Positions 25,601 through 34,745 of a stretch of 51,123 bases of DNA are shown here, in pieces. Positions within the stretch are counted from its first letter, which is position 1, and each line of letters starts with the position of its first letter. A program made the translations under genes and the position numbers. The notes below the pieces were generated by a model. That model ran no database searches. It was not told the origin of the DNA and was given only the letters and a program-made list of their open reading frames with translations. Origin of the DNA: Candidatus Moraniibacteriota bacterium (GTDB taxonomy: Bacteria > Patescibacteriota > Minisyncoccia > Moranbacterales > UBA1568); contig JAAXTX010000005.1 of assembly GCA_013336285.1 (NCBI GenBank), forward strand, positions 1-51,123, read 5' to 3'.

Positions 25601-25978
25601 ATGATATTCCGCATTCGCTTCAATATCCCTTCCCTCGGCATCCAGAAGAAAGACTCCGAGGCGGTCATCATTTCAACACTCGCGAGCGCCGCTCTCTACT
25701 TCTCGATTCATGGTCTCTGCGGGACGGCATCGGCGGCAGGATTCACATTCTGTCTGTTCACGTCCCTCCTGATGATCCTTCTGCCGGAGGATGAGGAACC
25801 CGGTCTGGCACAGGCGTTCCGTGCGATCAAATCCACCCTGTCCGGCGCAGTCTTCTATTTCGCGTTGAACGAACTGGGGCTGGTCGGATGGAGGATATTC
25901 TTCCTCATGATCGTCTTTGTGCTTGCCTCGGTCTCGATCTTTCTCAAAAGAAAAATCGTTGTCGATTCGGAAATCTAA
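25601..25978 (+). CDS. Hypothetical small polytopic membrane protein (125 aa)
   Basis: GGAGGAAAC SD directly before the ATG at 25601. Four hydrophobic segments. The longer track ORF from 25343 overlaps the divergent GT4 gene. Confidence 0.65.
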   Translation: MIFRIRFNIPSLGIQKKDSEAVIISTLASAALYFSIHGLCGTASAAGFTFCLFTSLLMILLPEDEEPGLAQAFRAIKSTLSGAVFYFALNELGLVGWRIFFLMIVFVLASVSIFLKRKIVVDSEI

Positions 25979-26032
25979 AAAAGGAAACTATCCCACACGG
26001 TCGCGGACCATTCGTCCGCTTCCGTATTTTTT

Positions 26033-27142
26033 TTACCTCAGAAGAAGATCGGAAATCTCTTCCGAACACTTCTCCCATCCGAACCGTTTCACATTTTCCC
26101 GGCCTTTGACTATTATACCATCCCGCAACCCTGGATTGGAAAGAATATCCCAGGTACGATCAGCGATCGATTCGACCGACATCGGATCGGTGTAGAGAGC
26201 CCCCATACCGCCGATTTCCGGAAGAGAGGAAATACGGGATGTCACGACCGGTACGCCGGCTGCCTGAGCTTCGACCACGGGCAGTCCGAAACCCTCGTAA
26301 AGCGACGGGAACAGGAAAACATCGGCATTCCGAAGCAATTCTACCTTCTTTTTTTCGCTCACGTATCCCGTCTCGACGATTTCCCCCCGGTATCCCGATA
26401 CCTCGATAGCTTGTTTTATGTCCGCATACCCGTAACCTTTTTTTCCGGCCAATATAAGCCTATGCGGTATGCCGTGCGATCCCTTAAGGATTCCGAACGC
26501 TTCGACGATTCTCGATATGTTCTTCCTCTCCTCGATCCGTCCAATGAACAGAAGATAAGGTTTTTCAATCTCCGACTCCCGGCTTTCGACATATTGCCGC
26601 CGTTCCGGTTTCCCCTCGTACACGACCCGTATCTTTTCCTCCGACACCCCGTAGAGTCGTATAAGATCGCGTTTCGTATTCTCGGAAACGGAAATTATCC
26701 CCATTGCCGCGCGACATGAGAACCTTATAACGGAACGCATATAGATCCGTTCCCAAAAGGAATAGCTTCCCTTTGAAAATTCATACTCGAGCCCGTGGAC
26801 AGTCACGAAAGAACGCGTCGGGTGGATCAGCGGGACGGTATGCGCCGGTACGAAGAGGATATCGGGACTATGCAACAGCATCTCGATCGAGAGACGTACA
26901 TGCGTCCAGAACCTCGGTGCCCAAAGACCTCGTACCGACCAGGATGCCGGAAGATCCATATCGATATCGGGCAGTATTACCGAGATTTTCAAACCCTGAA
27001 ACAGGTATCTTTTCCGTACATACAAAACGACCCGCTCATTCCGAAGGGGCCCGCGCAGGTGCGATATGACCTGTTTCGCGTATTCCTCTATGCCCGTCCT
27101 GTTCCTGAGAAACGCCCGGGATGCGTCGATGCCGATTACCAT
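26033..27142 (-). CDS. Glycosyltransferase family 4 (GT-B)
   Basis: MVIGIDASRAF N-terminus; LFPSLYEGFGLPVVEAQAAGVPVVTS motif. The ATG at 27142 is preferred over the TTG at 27154. Confidence 0.85.
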   Translation of the reverse strand: MVIGIDASRAFLRNRTGIEEYAKQVISHLRGPLRNERVVLYVRKRYLFQGLKISVILPDIDMDLPASWSVRGLWAPRFWTHVRLSIEMLLHSPDILFVPAHTVPLIHPTRSFVTVHGLEYEFSKGSYSFWERIYMRSVIRFSCRAAMGIISVSENTKRDLIRLYGVSEEKIRVVYEGKPERRQYVESRESEIEKPYLLFIGRIEERKNISRIVEAFGILKGSHGIPHRLILAGKKGYGYADIKQAIEVSGYRGEIVETGYVSEKKKVELLRNADVFLFPSLYEGFGLPVVEAQAAGVPVVTSRISSLPEIGGMGALYTDPMSVESIADRTWDILSNPGLRDGIIVKGRENVKRFGWEKCSEEISDLLLR

Positions 27143-27288
27143 ATCAGTCAGCAATTAGCGGATAACAGACGCAACGGAATTGTACGGTTTATCGCCGTAT
27201 CGATAACCATGCCTTAATTCGTTCACCGGACGATGCTAGAAATCATATCCCGTACCCTGTCCGCCATCTGCTCCCGCTATCCGTTACG

Positions 27289-28302
27289 CTACTTCCCCAT
27301 CATTATACTCCGTTTGTACGCTTCGAGATTTTCAAGCACGATACCGGTTCCGCGCGCTACACAAAATGCCGGATCATCCGCGACGTAACACGGTACGCCT
27401 ATTGTCTTGCTGATCAACTGGTCGAGATACCGGAGCTGGGACGTTCCGCCGGACAAAACCATTCCCTTGTCCATGATATCGGCGGACAGTTCGGGCGGCG
27501 TCTCCTGCAGGACCTGCTTCACGACATTGATGATTTCACGGAGTTCGTCCTGAATCGCTTCCGTCACCTCGTTCGATGAGATAGTGACCGTCTTCGGCAA
27601 CCCTCCCATCAGGTCGCGCCCGCGGATTTCCATGTGATCCTCCTTCACCTGCGCGATAGCGGAGCCGATACCGATCTTGAGTTCCTCAGCCATACGCTCC
27701 CCGATCGCGAGACTATACTTCCGTTTGATGTAATCGGAAATGGCGAGATCGATACGGTTGCCACCGACCCGCGCGGATGCCGACGAGACGACACCGCCGA
27801 GCGAAATGACCGCGATCTCCGAGGTCCCCCCTCCGATATTGATGATCATGTTTCCTTGCGCCGTGTGAATCGGGATACCGGCACCGATCGCCGCGAGAAT
27901 CGGTTCCCTGACGACATAAGCCGATTTCGCTCCGGCCTTTCCGGCGGCATCGATAACCGCACGCCGTTCGGTGGAAGTGACCCCGGCTGGGATCGACAAC
28001 ACCACTTCCGGACGGAACAAGTGAAATTTCCCGCTCGCCTTCTGGATGAAATACCGGAGCATCGCCTCGGTCACGCGATAATCGGCGATCGCCCCGTCAC
28101 GAAGCGGACGGGAAGCGACGATGGAATCGGGAGTACGCCCGAGCATCTCCTTGGCCTCATTGCCGACCGCGAGCACCTTGTTCTCGAATACGGATACGGC
28201 CACCACAGAGGGCTCGTTTATGACAATCCCCTGACCGGGTACGAAGACGAGCGTGTTCGCCGTACCGAGGTCTATGCCGATTTTCCGTACGAATGGATTC
28301 AT
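27289..28302 (-). CDS. mreB: Rod shape-determining protein MreB
   Basis: IGIDLGTANTLVFV, EPSVVA, VVLSIPAGVTSTERRAV, INIGGGTSEIAVISLGG, GMVLSGGTSQLRYLD. Start could also be 28326. Confidence 0.93.
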   Translation of the reverse strand: MNPFVRKIGIDLGTANTLVFVPGQGIVINEPSVVAVSVFENKVLAVGNEAKEMLGRTPDSIVASRPLRDGAIADYRVTEAMLRYFIQKASGKFHLFRPEVVLSIPAGVTSTERRAVIDAAGKAGAKSAYVVREPILAAIGAGIPIHTAQGNMIINIGGGTSEIAVISLGGVVSSASARVGGNRIDLAISDYIKRKYSLAIGERMAEELKIGIGSAIAQVKEDHMEIRGRDLMGGLPKTVTISSNEVTEAIQDELREIINVVKQVLQETPPELSADIMDKGMVLSGGTSQLRYLDQLISKTIGVPCYVADDPAFCVARGTGIVLENLEAYKRSIMMGK

Positions 28303-28388
28303 AGAAAAACGAGGTAAATAAATCAAAAGAAAATACCCGTATCCCGCATTACGGGACTTTCAGATTTTGTTTTGATGTTTTCTTTGTT

Positions 28389-29666
28389 TTATTCGTCGAT
28401 TCGGCGTATGTCGGCCCCGAGCGCCTGCAGACGTTCCTCTATCCGCTCGTATCCGCGGTCCACCTGATAGATGTCCTCTATGACGGTCTTTCCCTCCGCC
28501 ACGAGCGCGGCGATGATAAGCGCGGCACCGGCACGAAGATCGAAACTCCGGATAGCAGTGCCGCGCAGCTTCGCCGGGCCACGAAAAAGCACCTGGTGCG
28601 GATTGAGCACGATTGCCGAAGCCCGCATTTTCTCCAGTTCCGCGACGTAATTGAAGCGACCTTCGAACACCGTATCGAAAAGGAGGGTCTCGCCGTCGGC
28701 AAGCGCCGCGAGAACGCCAAACGGCGCCTGAACGTCCGACGGTATGCCCGGATACGTTCGCGTATCGATCTTCGTCACCGCGACGAGTCTTTCCGCCGGG
28801 ATAACCGTTATGGATTCTCCTTCGACACGAAAGTCCGCTCCGAACTCGCGAAGTTTCTCGAGCACTATATCAAGATGCTCCTCGTGCGCGTTTCGCACCA
28901 TTATCGGACTCCCCGTCGCGACCCCGAGAATAAGGAAGGTCGCTGCCTCGTTCGCGTCCGATATGACCGCATGTTCCGCACCGGAAAGATGTTTCACGCC
29001 CTCAATCTCGATCACGTGCGTCCCGAGACCGGATACCTTCGCGCCCATCTTTGCAAGGAATCTCCCGAGATCCTCGACGTGCGGCTCGGCGGCCGCTACG
29101 CGTATGGTCGTCTTCCCCGGCATACCGGCAGCCAACATCATCGCGTTTTCGGTAGCCGTTACGGACATTTCGCGAAGTGCTATGACGCCGGACTTCCGCC
29201 CCGACGAGTCGATGACGTATTCCTTGCCATCCGCGGAAACCGAAACGTCGACGCCGAGTTTTTTCAGTGCATCAAAATGAGTTCCGATCGGTCGCGCACC
29301 GATCACGCATCCGCCCGGATGAGCCAGCGTAAACCGTTCAAAACGGGCCGAGAGCGACCCGAGCAAAAGTATCGAGGACCGGATCTGTTTCACCGGCACA
29401 GTGTCCATCCGGGACGGATCCACGTCTTTCGGGGTAATGACGACGGTCCGATCATCCCGCCATTCGACCGTTACGCCCATGCTCTTGAGGATTTCGATAA
29501 GGCGAAACACATCCTCGATGCGCGGGACATTACCGATGACGCTCGTTTCGGTCGAAAGAAGGGTTGCTGCCAAAATCGGCAGTGCCGCGTTCTTCGATCC
29601 GCGAACATCTATGGCTCCGGAAAGCCGCTTTCCGCCTTCGATTTCGAATCGTTCCATGACTGCCAT
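28389..29666 (-). CDS. murA: UDP-N-acetylglucosamine 1-carboxyvinyltransferase
   Basis: FEIEGGKRLSGAIDVRGSKNAALPILAATLL, LAHPGGCVIGARPI (active-site Cys), DRGYERIEERLQALGADI. Confidence 0.95.
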   Translation of the reverse strand: MAVMERFEIEGGKRLSGAIDVRGSKNAALPILAATLLSTETSVIGNVPRIEDVFRLIEILKSMGVTVEWRDDRTVVITPKDVDPSRMDTVPVKQIRSSILLLGSLSARFERFTLAHPGGCVIGARPIGTHFDALKKLGVDVSVSADGKEYVIDSSGRKSGVIALREMSVTATENAMMLAAGMPGKTTIRVAAAEPHVEDLGRFLAKMGAKVSGLGTHVIEIEGVKHLSGAEHAVISDANEAATFLILGVATGSPIMVRNAHEEHLDIVLEKLREFGADFRVEGESITVIPAERLVAVTKIDTRTYPGIPSDVQAPFGVLAALADGETLLFDTVFEGRFNYVAELEKMRASAIVLNPHQVLFRGPAKLRGTAIRSFDLRAGAALIIAALVAEGKTVIEDIYQVDRGYERIEERLQALGADIRRIDE

Positions 29667-29691
29667 TCTAGCTTACATACCCTTTTCAGGC

Positions 29692-29719
29692 AAGAAAACC
29701 CACCCGGATCGCCCGGGTG
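29692..29719 (-). terminator. Terminator downstream of the FISUMP-domain gene
   Basis: Minus strand CACCCGG-gcgat-CCGGGTG followed by GGTTTTCTTG. Confidence 0.55.
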
Positions 29720-29841
29720 CTCACACATTCAAAATCGCATTCCGCGAAGAATATGTTCGTACGACTTTTTGAACAGATATCTTCGATTTCGTGCGAAAAA
29801 CGAATGACGGCGGAAAAAGAAACGGATACGGGCATGCCGTT

Positions 29842-30948
29842 TCAATTCTTGAGACAACGAACAGAAAGAGCATACGACTTATAATCGGATCCGTACGCCC
29901 GGCGGATCTTCGCGGATCCGGAATCAAGATATCGAAACCACGTTTCGTTTCCGTTTCGATCGGAAGTCCACAGGTAGGTATTCGAGCCACGTCCGCCGAA
30001 ACCGCCGCTTGCATTCCGCGAACCCGGCAGTAGAGCCGTAAAACCGGAAGAATTATTACCACCGGAAGTCAACGTGGAAAGGGCCGCTCCTTCGACCGTT
30101 CCGCGATCTCCGCCGGTAGTCGTATCCAATGGGAAATCGGTAAGACAGGTTCCCGATTTGCAAAGCGCCCTTTCCAGGTTGGTGAACTCGTCATGAGTCG
30201 GAATATGCCATCCCGAAGGACATATTCCCTGAGCCCCGGAAGATGTCGAGCCATGCATCGCGGCACCCCACTGATACACGTACCCCAGACTTCCGACAGT
30301 CGACTCTTCAATCGTATTCTGCACGTTCGGCGGAAAAGCATAGTACGCGTGATCGGTTCCGTCCCATGTGGCCCCGTTCGGGCCCCGATTGATCGCCGAA
30401 CCGTCGGGATATTTGGTTGTCTTCATGTTCTGCTTCATCCAGCATTGTGTTCCGATCGTGACCGTATCGTACGTGTTATTGTCCTCGTCCTTTACGGATA
30501 TCGTGGTTCCGCAACCGACAGGCTTCACCGCCACCTGCACGGCGCGGGTCGTCCCCTGCGATGTTCCCTCTGACTTGATCGACGTCACGTTGCTGCTCGG
30601 ACCGGAACAGTCCGTAAGACGGACCCCGTCAACGTCGTAGAACCGGACCGTCCAACCGGCATTTTGATTTTTCACCGTCCCATCGACACAAGAAAGTCCG
30701 AGATTACTCGCGACCGTCGCGATAGTATCCGGACCTTTCTGATACAGTTGATACAGGATCATATCGGCACCCGAATCGGCGACCTGAAAGGAGTGGGTCG
30801 AATCACCCGTGGATAATGCTGATTTTTCCTGAAACACCGCCGACGAGAGGAGCGTAAGCGAGGTCACCAACATGACCGAAAGAATGATGAGCGAGAAAAC
30901 AAGTACGGATCCTTCCTTTCGGACCCTGAACAGCGATGATTTCTTCAT
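29842..30948 (-). CDS. Secreted or pilus-associated protein: PilX-like hydrophobic N-terminus plus a C-terminal FISUMP (Fibrobacter succinogenes major paralogous) domain
   Basis: N-terminus KEGSVLVFSLIILSVMLVTSLTLLSSAVFQ. C-terminal half TIGTQCWMKQNM...YYAF...YVYQWGAAM...CPSGWHIPTHDEFTNLE...GFTALLPGSR...YLWTS...SVRCLKN matches the FISUMP pattern. Confidence 0.7.
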   Translation of the reverse strand: MKKSSLFRVRKEGSVLVFSLIILSVMLVTSLTLLSSAVFQEKSALSTGDSTHSFQVADSGADMILYQLYQKGPDTIATVASNLGLSCVDGTVKNQNAGWTVRFYDVDGVRLTDCSGPSSNVTSIKSEGTSQGTTRAVQVAVKPVGCGTTISVKDEDNNTYDTVTIGTQCWMKQNMKTTKYPDGSAINRGPNGATWDGTDHAYYAFPPNVQNTIEESTVGSLGYVYQWGAAMHGSTSSGAQGICPSGWHIPTHDEFTNLERALCKSGTCLTDFPLDTTTGGDRGTVEGAALSTLTSGGNNSSGFTALLPGSRNASGGFGGRGSNTYLWTSDRNGNETWFRYLDSGSAKIRRAYGSDYKSYALSVRCLKN

Positions 30949-31126
30949 ATTGATTTTTCCGATGGGTACGGTTCCATGAATATCTTACCATTGCTTAGAC
31001 ATTATACCACTATTCTTACATGAAATCGGCGCCGTTCCCGGGAATATGCCCCCGGGGAAAGAAAATGATCCCGCTCGCTTCCCGTCGGAATCAGATATAG
31101 TCCCGCCAAACGAGCCGTAGGGAATT

Positions 31127-31157
31127 CAATAAAAAAAAGAAAAGCCCCCATCGGGGC
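31127..31157 (-). terminator. Terminator downstream of the CAP-domain gene (hairpin also flanked by Ts on the plus strand)
   Basis: Minus strand GCCCC-gatg-GGGGC followed by TTTTCTTTTTTTTATT. Confidence 0.55.
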
Positions 31158-31367
31158 ATTCTTTTATGTTTTTTTTCCGGGACGCACGAGGCGCGACCGG
31201 ACTGAAGGGAGGAGGATTCATCCCTATTCAAGGTTTCCGGAAACCAGTTCCGGATATTTGTGTTTTTTTTCGTTTTTGTTTTTTTCAAGGTACGTTCCGT
31301 TTTTCGACGGAGGAGGAGATTCCCGCATATCGGAATCCTCTCCCCCGCGGGAAAGCGGGTGGGAATC

Positions 31368-32147
31368 CTACGAGGGAAACACCCCTTCCTCGTATTCCCT
31401 GGAAGCGAGCAGGCGTATCGAGACAGTGACGGCGAGCACCTGCAGGAGAGAGAACGAGAAGAGAGCAAGTATCTCGGCCATTCCGTTCCGTTCATCCAAC
31501 GATTGCGCCCACAGCGTCACGGTCTGCCGGATCCTGGTCGGAACATTCGCTACCGTGAGGGCGATTCGCCCCACAGAACCCTTGTCTTCGGAGACTCCGG
31601 ACACTGTCGGTGGCATGTCTCCCCGACACAGGGCGACAGCTGTATCCTTCGCGGAAGACAGTTCCGTCTCATCTCCGCGCAAAGTTCCAAACGACTGAAC
31701 CACGAGTATAGTCTCTCGTCCCTCCATGAACACTTTTTTCTCCGCCATTCCGATTTCGCGAAACCTCGGATCTAGAATGTTCTGACAATGCTTCTCGCTT
31801 TCCATCCACGCCTTATGTTCCGCTTCGGGATCGTTGAAGTGTATCGCGAGATTCTCACCGGCATACCGATAATCGTAACCGGCATCATCGAGGAACGACC
31901 ACGGGGTTTTTCCTTCGGGCGAGGTATGGGCGAAATATTTTTTCGACTCCATGTCCTGAAGTTTCTTCGTCGCGGCGCGTGCAAGCGTCTCATTCGGAAT
32001 CAGCGCCGGAAGACCCCTCGATTCGCGCTCCTTGTTCACGAGTGACATGGCCTTGTCCGCCCACGGGGAATCATTCCCCGCCGCGAGTACCGGACACATC
32101 GGGAGTAGGATGACCGCTATGATGATTGGGAGAAAAATCCGCTTCAT
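31368..32147 (-). CDS. CAP/SCP (YkwD-like) domain protein with a signal peptide and a C-terminal membrane anchor
   Basis: Start reset to MKRIFLPIIIAVILLPMCPVLAA (the track ORF extends upstream into trxB). CAP pattern LVNKERESRGLPAL...YAGENLA...AWMESEKHCQNILDPRF. C-terminal hydrophobic ILALFSFSLLQVLAVTV. Confidence 0.75.
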   Translation of the reverse strand: MKRIFLPIIIAVILLPMCPVLAAGNDSPWADKAMSLVNKERESRGLPALIPNETLARAATKKLQDMESKKYFAHTSPEGKTPWSFLDDAGYDYRYAGENLAIHFNDPEAEHKAWMESEKHCQNILDPRFREIGMAEKKVFMEGRETILVVQSFGTLRGDETELSSAKDTAVALCRGDMPPTVSGVSEDKGSVGRIALTVANVPTRIRQTVTLWAQSLDERNGMAEILALFSFSLLQVLAVTVSIRLLASREYEEGVFPS

Positions 32148-32189
32148 AATTGGGTTTTCGTGTTTGTATCCCGGAAAAGGGAAAACGGC

Positions 32190-32207
32190 TGTTTCACCCG
32201 TGAAACA
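32190..32207. promoter_or_regulatory. Split parS-like inverted repeat TGTTTCAC-cc-GTGAAACA in the 5' UTR of the CAP-domain gene
   Basis: Both 8-nt half sites are identical to the halves of the canonical 16-bp parS, but they are separated by 2 bp. Confidence 0.3.
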
Positions 32208-32232
32208 CCCGTTATGGAACCTTTCTGTTACC

Positions 32233-32261
32233 ATTATAGCACGAAAAAGACCGGCAGTCAA
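32233..32261 (-). promoter_or_regulatory. Consensus sigma70 promoter of the CAP-domain gene
   Basis: Minus strand TTGACT (32261-32256), 17-nt spacer, TATAAT (32238-32233). Confidence 0.65.
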
Positions 32262-32296
32262 CGACACCGGCCCGGAAAATTCCTCTCGCCGATATG

Positions 32297-33256
32297 CTAT
32301 TCCGAAATCGTTTCGCGCTTCCGCTTCATATAATCGTATGCCGAAAGCGCGGCGACCGCACCCTGTCCGGCAGAGATACCGTTCTGCCGATACGGCATAT
32401 CGGTTACGTCGCCTGCTGCAAAGATTCCCGGACACGAGGTTTCCATATTCCGGGCGTTCGTGATTATTTCTCCACGTGAATTCCGTTCAACAATCCCGGT
32501 TGCCAGTTCCGAATTCGGTACCATTCCGATCTCGACGAACACGCCGTCAACGGTGATCTCTCTGATTTCACCGGTCTCTTTCTCTTCATAACGGAGTCCT
32601 TCGACACGTTTGCTTCCGAAGATTTCCCGCATCCTCGTAGAATAGATAACTGAGACCTTTCCCGACGAGAGAATCCTTTCCTGGAGTACCGCGTCACCGG
32701 TAAGCTCCGCGACATCGGTAATGAGAACGATCTCTGTCGCGTATGGCAACAGGTCTTCGACCGCCTCAAGCCCGCAATTTCCCCCGCCGATAACCGCGAC
32801 CCTCTTTCCCTTGAAAAACGGGGCGTCGCATGTCGAGCAATAGGCAACGCCCTTGCCGTCGAATTCCGTTTCGCCGGGCACCCCGAGATGTCGGTGCCGG
32901 ACGCCGGTTGCGATGATGACCGTTCCGGCTTCATATCGGCTACCGTTTCCGATCGTCACGGAATATACCCCTTCGGCCGATTCTATACTCTTCACGATTT
33001 CATCCGTGACTATCCTGATCCCCTCCTGTGCGCGGAGATGCTTCTCGAACGATTGCGCAAGTTCCCATCCGGAGATAGTGACTATACCGAGCCAGTTCTC
33101 GACGGTCGCGGAAACCATGGAAGAGCCCCCGATCGCCTTGGCGATAAGAAGGGTCTTCATTTTTTTTCTCGCGGCGTAGATGCCGGCCGAGATACCCGCC
33201 GGACCGCCGCCGATGATGATGATATCGAAATCCATAGCGTTGATATTTTTATTCAT
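32297..33256 (-). CDS. trxB: Thioredoxin-disulfide reductase
   Basis: FDIIIIGGGPAGISAGIYAAR, redox CSTCDAPFF, second Rossmann VAVIGGGNCGLEAV, GIFAAGDV. Confidence 0.9.
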   Translation of the reverse strand: MNKNINAMDFDIIIIGGGPAGISAGIYAARKKMKTLLIAKAIGGSSMVSATVENWLGIVTISGWELAQSFEKHLRAQEGIRIVTDEIVKSIESAEGVYSVTIGNGSRYEAGTVIIATGVRHRHLGVPGETEFDGKGVAYCSTCDAPFFKGKRVAVIGGGNCGLEAVEDLLPYATEIVLITDVAELTGDAVLQERILSSGKVSVIYSTRMREIFGSKRVEGLRYEEKETGEIREITVDGVFVEIGMVPNSELATGIVERNSRGEIITNARNMETSCPGIFAAGDVTDMPYRQNGISAGQGAVAALSAYDYMKRKRETISE

Positions 33257-33271
33257 AATGACAGAAGGGTA

Positions 33272-34681
33272 TCAGCATCGCTTCGTGACGCCGATCTTCT
33301 TCACCGCCTCCAGAAATCGTTCTCCCCGATCGAACTCGTTCCTGAAAATTCCGAAGCTCGTGGCCCCCGGGGAAAGCAGGATGACATCTCCGGATTCCGC
33401 AAACGACACGGCGGTATCGACGGCTTCTTGCATGGATGAAACAACCGGAAACCGTTCAGAAACGTCTTCATCGGGCAAACGCTTCCGAATCTCGCGAAGC
33501 AGACGGTCCGTCGCGGTTCCCTTGAGCAATATCGTCCGTTTCGTATCGGAGACAACGGAATCCGCGAACGATTCGAATGGAAGTTTCTTATCAGTGCCTC
33601 CCGCGATCAGTATCGGAGAAGTCGGAAAGGACCGGATAGCGGCGATTGCGGCCTCCGGCACTGTCGCCGCGCTGTCGTTGTAGAAAAAGATGCCGCCAGA
33701 TTCCCCTGCGAATTCAAGCCGGTGCGGCACGCCGGGAAAAGATCGTAACGCGGTCGCGATCTTTTTAGCCGGAACACCATGCACGAGTGCCGCTGCTGCG
33801 GCCGCTAACGCGTCAGCAAGATACTGTTCCGAACTATTTTTGAGATCGCTCTTCACGAAGAGGGTCGTTTCCTTCTCATCACGGACGATGACCGCGACGT
33901 CGCCCCGAAAAAAAACACCTTTAGGCAAAGGCTGAGCCGTAGCGGAGACCCGGATAACTTCGGATACCGTCTCTCCTTCCGATAACTCGACCTGGTCCCC
34001 GATGATCAAGATATCTCCTCGCTTCTGATAGCGGTAGATGAAGTTCTTATCCTTCCGATACGACTTCATGTCCCGGTAATAATTGAGATGATCGGGAAAA
34101 AAGTTCGTAAAAACGGCGATATGCGGACTTCTCTTCACAGTGGCGAGCCCCGAAAGACGCCAACTCGAAAGCTCGAAAACAATCGTATCCTTCGGACGGA
34201 TTTTTCCGAGTGAACCGAGTACTGGCACCTGACTCACACCGACAGGAACGACCCCGTGTCCGGTTTCCCTTAGTATATGAGCGATCATGCTCGCGGTCGT
34301 GGTCTTTCCCTTCGTTCCGGTAATCCCGATGATCGGATTTCCGCAGTTCTCGAAAAAGATTCCGGAGTCGGACTCGACCGGTATACCCTTCGAGAGCGCG
34401 AGTCGGACATACTCATTGGACCACTGGATGCCCGGATTCTTAACGACCAGATCCGTACGGATGAAATCCTCACGGCGATGTTGCCCAAGTACGAAAGTGA
34501 TGTTCTTGAAAGCCGAAAGTCGCTTTATGGACGGCATGAGATCTTCACGTTTTTTCGCATCGGTCACTATGATCTCCCTCACTCCGGCATGTTCCAGAAA
34601 CTCGACCGTCCCGACCCCGCCCTCATTGAGGCCGAGTCCGAAAACGGTCACGCGTTTCCCTTTCAGTTCTGATTTCTTCAT
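33272..34681 (-). CDS. murD: UDP-N-acetylmuramoylalanine--D-glutamate ligase
   Basis: KRVTVFGLGLNEGGVG, GITGTKGKTTTASMIAHIL, Mur-ligase C-terminal LLSPGATSFGIFRNEFDRGERF. Confidence 0.9.
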   Translation of the reverse strand: MKKSELKGKRVTVFGLGLNEGGVGTVEFLEHAGVREIIVTDAKKREDLMPSIKRLSAFKNITFVLGQHRREDFIRTDLVVKNPGIQWSNEYVRLALSKGIPVESDSGIFFENCGNPIIGITGTKGKTTTASMIAHILRETGHGVVPVGVSQVPVLGSLGKIRPKDTIVFELSSWRLSGLATVKRSPHIAVFTNFFPDHLNYYRDMKSYRKDKNFIYRYQKRGDILIIGDQVELSEGETVSEVIRVSATAQPLPKGVFFRGDVAVIVRDEKETTLFVKSDLKNSSEQYLADALAAAAAALVHGVPAKKIATALRSFPGVPHRLEFAGESGGIFFYNDSAATVPEAAIAAIRSFPTSPILIAGGTDKKLPFESFADSVVSDTKRTILLKGTATDRLLREIRKRLPDEDVSERFPVVSSMQEAVDTAVSFAESGDVILLSPGATSFGIFRNEFDRGERFLEAVKKIGVTKRC

Positions 34682-34745
34682 ACGCAGCTATAAACGCAAA
34701 CCCCGACGAATCGGGGTCGTCCACTGACATCCTCAGATTATCGCC

